Shown here piece after piece: positions 45,446 through 52,579 of a DNA stretch of 64,000 nucleotides. The first letter of the stretch is position 1. The number at the start of each line of letters is the position of its first letter. Under the pieces are notes generated by a model that saw only the letters and a list, made by a program, of their open reading frames with translations, did no database searches and was not told where the DNA came from. This stretch comes from an uncultured archaeon (GTDB lineage Archaea; Thermoproteota; Nitrososphaeria_A; Caldarchaeales; Calditenuaceae): assembly GCA_938017985.1 (NCBI GenBank), contig CALIKS010000035.1, positions 7,146 through 71,145 of the forward strand, written 5' to 3'. A program made the translations under genes and the position numbers.

Positions 45446-47191
45446 ATGTCGGAGTTTGAGATACGTGGGGCTAGGCTTTCGAGCGATGTGTTGAGGGTGC
45501 TCGGAGCTATCTCTGCTCCTGAGAGGGTTAGGATTCTTTTTATGCTTGAAGGTGGTGGGTTGGGTTATTCTGAGCTTATGAGGGCTGTCGGTATGGTTAG
45601 GCGGAGGGATGTCGGTAGATTTTCTTATCATCTTAGGAGGCTGCTTGAGGCTGGGCTCGTCGAGGTTGATAGGGAGTCTAAGCTTTATAGGCTTAGTGGG
45701 CTTGGTGTCTCGGTCGTTGAGTTGCTTAAGAATCTTTCTCTGAGGGTTGATCTTGGCGGCGTTGTATTTGTGCGGAGGAGTTTTTCTCTTGTTGAGCCGT
45801 TTGATAAGCTTAGGATTGTTGATTCTTTGGTGGCTGAGGCTGGTGTTCCTGCGAGGGTTGCTGGTAGGATTGCGAGTAGGGTTGAGAATGCTTTAGTTGG
45901 GCTGGGTCTCAGTACTGTTGATTCGAGTGTTATTCGTTGTCTTGTTGGTTATGAGCTTTTGAGTCGGGGTCTTGGTGGTTATTTTTTGAGGTATTTCTTG
46001 GTTGGTCCTAGCATGTATGAGGTTTCTCAGGCGGTTAGGAGGGGGCTTGGGAGTGGTGATTCTCTGCTTGTTGAGGAGACGATTGTGAGTGATGTTTTGG
46101 GTCGTTATGTGTTTAGGAGGGTTTTGCCGAGGGAGCTTGTTGAGTGTTGTTATGACGGATTGGTTGAGCTTTATCGTCCTGATTCTTGGATTAATGCTTT
46201 TTTGGGTTTTGGGTTGTTGTCTGAGTCTCGGAGTGTTGGTATTGATGAGTTGTTTTCTGCGTTGTTGCGTTTTAGGATGGTTAGGGATGAGGTGGTCGTT
46301 GCTGGTCAGTCTGTTTCTTGGAATGTTGTTGATAGGCTTGTTGAGTTGTTGAGGGGGGTTCGTTTTGGTTCTGCTGGACTATATGTTTGTTCTCGTGCTG
46401 ATTTGCTTAGTGGTAGGTTGGGGATGTTGGAGGGGCTTGTGGCTCGTGAGGACTTGATGTGTTCTTATTCGTTGCTGGATGGTTATGTGAGTCTCTCTCG
46501 GCTCGCTGATGGGTTGGTGCTTTTTAATTCGTTTGGTAGGCTTGGTGTCGGCGGGTCTTCTAGAGTCGTTGTGGGTGGGCTGTTCGGTGTTAATGTTGGA
46601 GGCATATTTCTTAGGAGTGAGGGCCGCGTGAATCTTGTCTTGTCTAGGCTTGGTGAGTTGTTGCGGCATGTTCTTCAGGCAGTTATGCGGAGGCATGGCT
46701 TCTTGGACAGGTTGCATCGAGAGTTGGGTGGTGTGCCTTGTTATTATTTTGTGGCTCCTGTCGGTCTTAGGGAGGTCTTAGGCGTGGTGGGTTCTGGTGG
46801 GTCGTCGAGCGAGGCGTCGAGGTTTCTTAGGGATGTTCTGTCTGTTTTTAGGGATGTTCTGTCTGGTTCTTCTGGGAAGAGGTTGAAGATTGTGACGGCT
46901 TCTGTGTGGCCTAGTGTTGTCTCTGAGAGTCTCTTTAAGCGTGATGTTGCGTCTCTTGGTTCTCAAGTTGTTTCGAGGGTTTTGGGGGGTGTTGGTGGAT
47001 ATTCTAACTGCTTGTTTGATTTTTCGTGTCCTGGCCTCGAGGAGACCATCCATGAGGTTGCTGGTTATTTTGACGCTGGGCTTGTTGTTCCTGTTGATCT
47101 TTCATTGGCTGGGGCTCGTGAGTCTCTTGGTAGGCTCTACGAGATGCTTGGTCTGGCTGATAATTTAGTCTTGAGGCTTAGGCGGTCTTAG
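45446..47191 (+). CDS. ArsR-type wHTH + ATP-cone + degenerate NrdD-like domain protein (uncharacterised architecture)
   Basis: wHTH: VLRVLGAISAPERVRILFMLEGGGLGYSELMRAV...FSYHLRRLLEAGLVEVDRESKLYRLS. ATP-cone: VFVRRSFSLVEPFDKLRIVDSLVAEAGVPARVAGRIASRVENAL...SSVIRCLVGYELLSRG. The segment VLPRELVECCYDGLVELYRPDSW parallels NrdD LLPRDVVQAHERGDIHYHDLDYS. Start is ATG 45446 or TTG 45434. Caveat: the region is so A-poor that all six frames are open. Confidence 0.65.
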   Translation: MSEFEIRGARLSSDVLRVLGAISAPERVRILFMLEGGGLGYSELMRAVGMVRRRDVGRFSYHLRRLLEAGLVEVDRESKLYRLSGLGVSVVELLKNLSLRVDLGGVVFVRRSFSLVEPFDKLRIVDSLVAEAGVPARVAGRIASRVENALVGLGLSTVDSSVIRCLVGYELLSRGLGGYFLRYFLVGPSMYEVSQAVRRGLGSGDSLLVEETIVSDVLGRYVFRRVLPRELVECCYDGLVELYRPDSWINAFLGFGLLSESRSVGIDELFSALLRFRMVRDEVVVAGQSVSWNVVDRLVELLRGVRFGSAGLYVCSRADLLSGRLGMLEGLVAREDLMCSYSLLDGYVSLSRLADGLVLFNSFGRLGVGGSSRVVVGGLFGVNVGGIFLRSEGRVNLVLSRLGELLRHVLQAVMRRHGFLDRLHRELGGVPCYYFVAPVGLREVLGVVGSGGSSSEASRFLRDVLSVFRDVLSGSSGKRLKIVTASVWPSVVSESLFKRDVASLGSQVVSRVLGGVGGYSNCLFDFSCPGLEETIHEVAGYFDAGLVVPVDLSLAGARESLGRLYEMLGLADNLVLRLRRS

Positions 47192-47197
47192 CTCCTT

Positions 47198-47599
47198 CTA
47201 CTGCCTTGACGTTTTTAGGGCTAGGATGGCTTTTGCGAGGTCTCCTTCTGCCTCGATGAGTGCTGCCTTTGCTTGTTCTTCGGTTACGCCTGCCTGCATT
47301 GCTACGATTGTTATGTCTTCTGGCGATGGCTCGTATGTTGTTGGCTTGGCTTCTATTTGCTGTGTTTCTTCTGTTTCTTCGCCGCCGATTATCTGGTAGA
47401 CTTTTCCTGCTGCTGTGTCTAGCGTGATGATGCTTGGATTGTTTATTCTTATTATTTTGTCGGTGAGTGTTATTGTGACTTCTTTTGCGGTTCCGAGTTC
47501 TTTCATCGAGACGCCTAGGCTGCTCATCATTCGGTCCTGCATTCTTCTTAGGTCTCTCGGTCCTAGACGTAGCGTTTTCTTCAATTGTTTTGACACCAT
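47198..47599 (-). CDS. nac: Nascent polypeptide-associated complex protein (NAC alpha homologue) with UBA domain
   Basis: NAC domain (MSSLGVSMKELGTAKEVTITLTDKIIRINNPSIITLD...YQIIG) and C-terminal UBA (EDITIVAMQAGVTEEQAKAALIEAEGDLAKAIL). Confidence 0.88.
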   Translation of the reverse strand: MVSKQLKKTLRLGPRDLRRMQDRMMSSLGVSMKELGTAKEVTITLTDKIIRINNPSIITLDTAAGKVYQIIGGEETEETQQIEAKPTTYEPSPEDITIVAMQAGVTEEQAKAALIEAEGDLAKAILALKTSRQ

Positions 47600-47666
47600 T
47601 CTTATTCTTGTCGGGGTATGCTTTATCTGTTTTGCTAATTGTGATGGAAATTTACTAGTAGGTGGT

Positions 47667-47843
47667 GGTGTTAAGCAGGTGATTTTTTATGATTTTTGCT
47701 TAACACTTAGTTCTCTTTCTATTTGGTTTTTCTGGGTATTGCTGCGCCTTAGTGGATTTGTAGCCTCTGCTATTTTTTGACTTCATTCCTACCTAGTAAT
47801 CTGTATTACATTTTTATATTGATTTTGAGATAATTAATTATTT
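47667..47843 (+). repeat. Intergenic repeat copy B (10-bp-stem hairpin plus TATA/promoter-like block)
   Basis: GTGTTAAGCA-ggtgattttttatgatttt-TGCTTAACAC (47667-47705), then TTTATATTGATTTTGAGATAATTAATTATTT (47813-47843). It is homologous to the inverted copy at 1623-1772. Confidence 0.8.
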
Positions 47844-47933
47844 GTTTCTCATTTGTCGTATGTCTGTGTATTTCACGGTATAGGTTATATTTATAAGGTA
47901 TTTTTTTCAGACTTTGTTTTTAGGGGCTCATAT

Positions 47934-49193
47934 TTGACGAGTATTTCTGACCTGAAGGTTATAATTCCTGTTGGTGGTGAGGCGAAACGTCTCAAGCCCC
48001 TTACTGCAGAGGTCTCGAAGGCGCTTGTAAGGTTCATGAACATGCCTCTTGTCGAGCATGCTATGGTCAAGCTTGCATGTCAAGGAGTTAGAGAATTTAT
48101 TTTTGGGGTTAAGGGCTATGTTAACTATAAGAGCCTCTATGATTATTTCCAAGAGGGTGAGGGCTTCTCGTCTAAGCATAATCTGAGTCATAATGTGCGT
48201 ATTTTTTATCAGCCCAACATTGACGATTTAGGCAGTGCAGACTCGGTGAGGTTGAATTTAGAGTATTATGATATTAATGATTACTTAATGGTTATTCAGG
48301 GCGATAATGTATTTGACATTGACCTTAGCGATGCGTTCTCTTTTCATGTCGAGAAGGGTGCGCTTATGACTATTGCTCTTACTCGTGTCTTGGATGTCGA
48401 GAGGTATGGCATAGCAGAAATGGATGAAGACATGAGGATTCGTAGGTTTATCGAGAAGCCGAGGAGGGGAGAGACCTCATCAAGCCTCGCAAATACTGGA
48501 ATATACATTATCTCTCCAGAGATTCGTAAAATTCTTTCAGGAGAAAAAGTGTCGAGGATTATGAGCGAGAGGAGGAGACTTGACTTTGGAATGGATTTAA
48601 TACCAATGCTCGTTGAAGAAGGATATCCTATCTATGGATATCCACTGCGGGCCGAGTGGTACGACGTCGGTACGCCCGAGACATACCTAGAATCAATGAT
48701 AAAGCTGCTTAAGAGTAGTAACGCATCCAAGTATCTAGGCGATACAGTGGACTCGTCCAGTAAACTATGGATTCAGACACATGACTCGGAGGATAATAAG
48801 AATAGGGAATCACTCATCAAGAAGATTAGGGACGGTAAAATAAGAATCGAGGGAGCAGCGCTCATAGGTAGACACTGCCAAATAGGCGACAATGTCGTAA
48901 TAAAGGATTCATGCATTGATAACTTCTCTATCATTCTCGACGATGCAGTAGTTGAGAGGTCAGCGATACTTGACAGGGTAATCATTGGCAAAGCGGCTCA
49001 GATACGTGATAGCATAGTCTCGAGACACGTAAAAATATTATCTTCCAGAAACAATCCCACGATGGTTGGAGATATCAGCGTCATCGGCGACGACGTCTGG
49101 GTTAGTGAGGGATGTGCAATAGTCGGGACAAAGATTTATCCACATCTACATATTCCTCCGAATAGTCGTCTCGTGAATGAGACGATTACGTGA
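47934..49193 (+). CDS. Sugar-phosphate nucleotidyltransferase with C-terminal left-handed beta-helix domain
   Basis: KVIIPVGGEAKRLKPLT (GxGxRL-type motif) with hexapeptide-repeat-like C-terminal segments. I prefer TTG 47934, because the track start at 47853 adds 27 non-conserved residues. Confidence 0.75.
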   Translation: MTSISDLKVIIPVGGEAKRLKPLTAEVSKALVRFMNMPLVEHAMVKLACQGVREFIFGVKGYVNYKSLYDYFQEGEGFSSKHNLSHNVRIFYQPNIDDLGSADSVRLNLEYYDINDYLMVIQGDNVFDIDLSDAFSFHVEKGALMTIALTRVLDVERYGIAEMDEDMRIRRFIEKPRRGETSSSLANTGIYIISPEIRKILSGEKVSRIMSERRRLDFGMDLIPMLVEEGYPIYGYPLRAEWYDVGTPETYLESMIKLLKSSNASKYLGDTVDSSSKLWIQTHDSEDNKNRESLIKKIRDGKIRIEGAALIGRHCQIGDNVVIKDSCIDNFSIILDDAVVERSAILDRVIIGKAAQIRDSIVSRHVKILSSRNNPTMVGDISVIGDDVWVSEGCAIVGTKIYPHLHIPPNSRLVNETIT

Positions 49194-49252
49194 ATAATCG
49201 CTACTTGTTCTGCATAGACTAGAATAAATATGGGGAAGGTATAGCTATATTT

Positions 49253-49651
49253 GTGGCATCATTCCAGAATAGGCGCAATACTGTCAAGGCGAGGCAGCCT
49301 ACACCCCCGAGACCAAGGCAAAAAACAAACATTATTGAGCGTGTCGAGAGATACGAGTTTGTTGATGGCTACGGAGAAATCATTAGAAAGGCCAGGGAGA
49401 GGCTCGGCCTTACGAGGGAGGAGCTTGGGGCACTAATACAGGACAAGGCATCAGTCATCAAGAAGATAGAGAACGAGGAGCTCAAGCCTACGATAGAACT
49501 TGCAAAAAAGATTGAGAAGGCATTGAAGGTAAAGATTCTTGTCGAGGTATCTGAAGAGGTTGAGGAGCTCTTTAAACCCCAGTATCCTAAATCCAAGCCT
49601 TCAGGACTAACATTAGGCGACCTGTTTAAGCATCAAGAATCAGAGAAATAA
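49253..49651 (+). CDS. mbf1: MBF1-type HTH (XRE family) protein lacking the N-terminal zinc ribbon
   Basis: GEIIRKARERLGLTREELGALIQDKASVIKKIENEELKPTIELAKKIEKAL is the MBF1 cro/C1 HTH. The N-terminus is basic/Pro-rich with no Cys. GTG start ~25 nt after an A/T box. Confidence 0.75.
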   Translation: MASFQNRRNTVKARQPTPPRPRQKTNIIERVERYEFVDGYGEIIRKARERLGLTREELGALIQDKASVIKKIENEELKPTIELAKKIEKALKVKILVEVSEEVEELFKPQYPKSKPSGLTLGDLFKHQESEK

Positions 49652-49689
49652 TGGTTTAAAATCAGCTAGACATATTTGAGAATGAAAAG

Positions 49690-50961
49690 GTGGGAGGGAC
49701 GAGGGGCAGGGTAGCCATCGTTCACAGGGCGCTTCCATGGGAAGAGCCAAACCTAGACGAGCTTGAAGAATTATGCAGCACGGCGGGCTACGAGGTTGTC
49801 TATAGACTATTCCAGAGACGCTACCCACACCCCGAGTATAACATCGGCCCATCCAAGCTATCAGAGCTTAAACAGGCAGTCAGAAAGCTCGGAATAACGA
49901 AGGTCATATTCGAGAACGAGCTCAGACCGCTGCAGGAATACAACTTGGCAAAGGAACTCTCCGTCGAGATAATGACTAGGCTCAGACTCATACTCGAGAT
50001 ATTCACCCAGCACGCGTCAAACCTCGAGGCAAAGCTTCAGATAAAGCTCGCAGAACTAAAATACGAACTACCGAGGGCGAAGGAGAAGGTCAAGCTAGCC
50101 AAACGTGGAGAGCAGCCGGGTTTCCACGGCCTAGGAGCCTACGAGGCAGACGTCTACTACGAGGAGATCAATAGAAGGATACATAAACTATCCGGGAAGC
50201 TAGAGGAGATAAAGAAGAAGAAGCTGAGGGCAAATATTCAGAGAAGAGTTGAGGGAATACCGATAATCTCGCTCGCAGGCTACACAAACGCTGGAAAATC
50301 CACGCTATTCAACGCAATCACGGGCTACGAGGTTGATGTCTCGCCGCAAATGTTCACGACGCTCTCGACGAAGAGAAGAATAGCACGGATAGATGGGAAG
50401 CCTGCATACATCTCCGACACAGTCGGATTCATCAGGAACGTCCCAACCCTACTCATCTCGTCATTCATGTCGACCCTTATGGAGATAGCTGAGGCGGACC
50501 TAATACTCCTCGTCCTAGACGTCTCCGAGCCGCCTGAGAACGTGCTGAATAAACTAGAAGCCTCACTCAGCATCCTGAGACAGATAGGCGTCACCAGCAC
50601 ACCCATAATACTCGTACTAAACAAGATAGACATCGCTTCACTCCAGAACATCGAGGAAGTCAAGGAGAAGATAGGCCAGAGCTACCCGACAATAGCCATC
50701 TCGGCGAAGAATAAAGAAAATATCGATGGGCTGCATCTCTTGGTCTCCCACTACCTGAACAGCTACGTCGCCTTCAGGGCAAGCCTCACACTAAGCGAGG
50801 AGGCAGAGAGACTAGTAAGGCAGACATACCTCAAGGGAAGAATAATCAACCTCCAGTACATGGACAACAAGATCATGATAGAGGCAGAGGCACCAATAGT
50901 AGTCGCAGAAAAAATAAAGAAGTTCTCAGAGCCAGAAGAATTCATAATAGTCAAGAGATGA
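49690..50961 (+). CDS. hflX: GTPase HflX
   Basis: HflX N-domain, G-domain (GYTNAGKSTLFN, DTVGFI, NKID). GTG start. Confidence 0.88.
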   Translation: MGGTRGRVAIVHRALPWEEPNLDELEELCSTAGYEVVYRLFQRRYPHPEYNIGPSKLSELKQAVRKLGITKVIFENELRPLQEYNLAKELSVEIMTRLRLILEIFTQHASNLEAKLQIKLAELKYELPRAKEKVKLAKRGEQPGFHGLGAYEADVYYEEINRRIHKLSGKLEEIKKKKLRANIQRRVEGIPIISLAGYTNAGKSTLFNAITGYEVDVSPQMFTTLSTKRRIARIDGKPAYISDTVGFIRNVPTLLISSFMSTLMEIAEADLILLVLDVSEPPENVLNKLEASLSILRQIGVTSTPIILVLNKIDIASLQNIEEVKEKIGQSYPTIAISAKNKENIDGLHLLVSHYLNSYVAFRASLTLSEEAERLVRQTYLKGRIINLQYMDNKIMIEAEAPIVVAEKIKKFSEPEEFIIVKR

Positions 50962-51111
50962 CTAAATCAAGAGCCCAAGATAGATTAGGAGCGATAACTC
51001 GACCAAGAGCAAGACCAGTAGCAGGATTATGCCAGGACTGAGACGCCTCATCCAGCTCTGCCTCACATTCACAAAAAGAAGGCCTACTGCCCAAGATAAT
51101 AGTATTATGGG

Positions 51112-51238
51112 TCTAGAATTTAGAAGAATCTCGTTGAATAATTTCTAAAATATTCTAGAAATACTGCTTTGGCTTAAGATTCCTAGAATTTCCTTGGATT
51201 TTCCTAAATTTTCCTCTGCGTGGGCTAGAGATATATAT
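51112..51238 (+). promoter_or_regulatory. Repeat-rich putative operator/promoter region
   Basis: Three (T/C)CTAGAA cores (51112, 51154, 51182). Three helically phased A(A/T)TTTCC repeats end at 51193, 51204 and 51214. An ATATATAT box at 51231-51238 lies ~25 nt before the GTG at 51262. Confidence 0.45.
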
Positions 51239-51261
51239 CGCTGAGGGCATTGATATGATTT

Positions 51262-51426
51262 GTGGCGGTATTCAGGAAGGAGGACCTCTACTGGGAAAGG
51301 CTCAGGGGACCATCGCTAATAATGCCATCAGACATCGAGCACCTAGTACGCGAAGTACAGCTACTAAAGGCCGAGGTACAGAAGATAAAAAAGGCACTGG
51401 AGGAGAGAGGCATCAAGATAGACTAG
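51262..51426 (+). CDS. Small (54-aa) coiled-coil protein, unannotated frame
   Basis: GTG 51262: (M)AVFRKEDLYWERLRGPSLIMPSDIEHLVREVQLLKAEVQKIKKALEERGIKID*. It has an amphipathic heptad-like C-half and looks leaderless from the upstream TATA box. The competing track ORF 51255-51449 is low-complexity. Confidence 0.45.
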   Translation: MAVFRKEDLYWERLRGPSLIMPSDIEHLVREVQLLKAEVQKIKKALEERGIKID

Positions 51427-51973
51427 GCAGGTCTCTGAAGAGTGTCTGAATAAGCGGCCTAAGCATCCTCGCGACCAACAGAGTCCTCTCGAGGTCAGTC
51501 CTGCAGTGATTAATGATTAGTCTCCTGCGACTCCTACTACCCGAGAGATACTCGGAGTAGAGCCTAGGAACGTCTATGCCCCCGTATTCCTCCTCATGCC
51601 TAATTCCTAGGAACCTGCATACTGACTGGAGGCTGTTCGAGCTGAGCCTAAGATGATTCCTCGAGACCTCCATCATGTCTATGTGCCTAGCCTCGAATAG
51701 TGGCGATGAGTCGACCCTAAGCCTCACGCATCTACTGACCATGAAGGGGACGTCGAATCCCAGTCCTCCCCAAGTGAAGTAGATGTTTACGCCGCGGAAA
51801 AACTCCATGAATTCCCTCAGAACCAGTTTCTCAGCGCTCGGGTTCTTGACGAAGTATATCTTCATCCTCCCATTGTAGAAGTCTGCCAGGCCTATGCATA
51901 CGACTTGGCCGGAGTCCGCGTGGAGACTATTTGTCTCGATGTCCAGCACGTATACACTGGGCCTCAGGCTCAA
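51413..51973 (-). CDS. RNase H-fold 3'-5' exonuclease-like protein (YprB/PolB-exo-like)
   Basis: VYVLDIETNSL (DxE), ...FTWGGLGFDVPF... and HCRTDLERT follow the DEDD-type exonuclease pattern. Confidence 0.65.
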   Translation of the reverse strand: MSLRPSVYVLDIETNSLHADSGQVVCIGLADFYNGRMKIYFVKNPSAEKLVLREFMEFFRGVNIYFTWGGLGFDVPFMVSRCVRLRVDSSPLFEARHIDMMEVSRNHLRLSSNSLQSVCRFLGIRHEEEYGGIDVPRLYSEYLSGSRSRRRLIINHCRTDLERTLLVARMLRPLIQTLFRDLPSLS

Positions 51974-52043
51974 CTCAGAGACAATAATTACTCGAGGTAA
52001 TTATCCTTTAATTCATGCCTCGAATAACACCTTATCTTCAGAT

Positions 52044-52505
52044 ATGCTAGTTAATATAATGGTGCGGCGATTAGTGATATTCGTGTCTGGACCAGACGAG
52101 TCTGAGCTTGACCGGATAATCCAGAGAAAGATGCGCGAGCTCATGAGGAGGGACGAGGAGCAGATAAAATCCATGGAATTTCCCTCAGAGCCCGTCGAGG
52201 TAACTGATGAAGACTTTGAAGAATTCATTTCTCGCTATCCATTGATAGTCGTCGATTTCTGGGCTGAGTGGTGCATGCCTTGCAGATTCTTGGCGCCGGT
52301 AGTGAAGGAATTGGCGGGGGAGCTGAGGGGAAAAGTCGTCTTCGGGAAGCTGAACGTCGATCAAAATCCAGTCACTTCGGCGAGGTTCGGCGTGATGAGT
52401 ATTCCAACGTTGATACTCTTCAAGAATGGCAGGCCGGTTGACGGTATAGTCGGGGCCGTCTCGAAGTCTAAGCTGAAGTCATTAATAATGAGGCACCTCT
52501 CTTAA
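52044..52505 (+). CDS. trxA: Thioredoxin (WCMPC active site) with charged N-terminal extension
   Basis: VVDFWAEWCMPCRFLAPV...MSIPTLILFKNG. The start must lie after the minus-strand gene end (ATG 52044 or 52059). Confidence 0.8.
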   Translation: MLVNIMVRRLVIFVSGPDESELDRIIQRKMRELMRRDEEQIKSMEFPSEPVEVTDEDFEEFISRYPLIVVDFWAEWCMPCRFLAPVVKELAGELRGKVVFGKLNVDQNPVTSARFGVMSIPTLILFKNGRPVDGIVGAVSKSKLKSLIMRHLS

Positions 52506-52579
52506 GATTCTTAGGATTTAAGACATTCCTTAATGTTTAAAGCCGAGATTGATGATTAATTAATTGTTGGCTGATTAGT

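Noticed and set aside
46089-47780. Multiple overlapping ORFs in other frames or on the other strand (46089-46352, 46379-46717, 46778-47053, 46914-47168, 47415-47780)
   Set aside because: They are by-products of extreme A-depletion of the + strand, which removes stop codons in all six frames. Their products are low-complexity (L/V/G/C-rich or P/T/Q/K/R-rich), and they overlap frames with recognisable domains (wHTH/ATP-cone, NAC).
47600-47933. Replication origin at the skew transition / long intergenic region
   Set aside because: There is no Orc1/Cdc6 gene adjacent, no recognisable ORB or mini-ORB repeats and no extended A/T-rich unwinding element. The polarity of the switch (GT-rich on the left, AC-rich on the right on the + strand) is opposite to a bacterial-type origin. 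The same reasoning applies to 50962-51261.
51255-51449. 64-aa track ORF MICGGIQEGGPLLGKAQGT...
   Set aside because: It has a Gly/Arg/Thr-rich, unstructured-looking composition. The overlapping frame from GTG 51262 gives a much more protein-like amphipathic helix, so I preferred that frame, though neither is proven.
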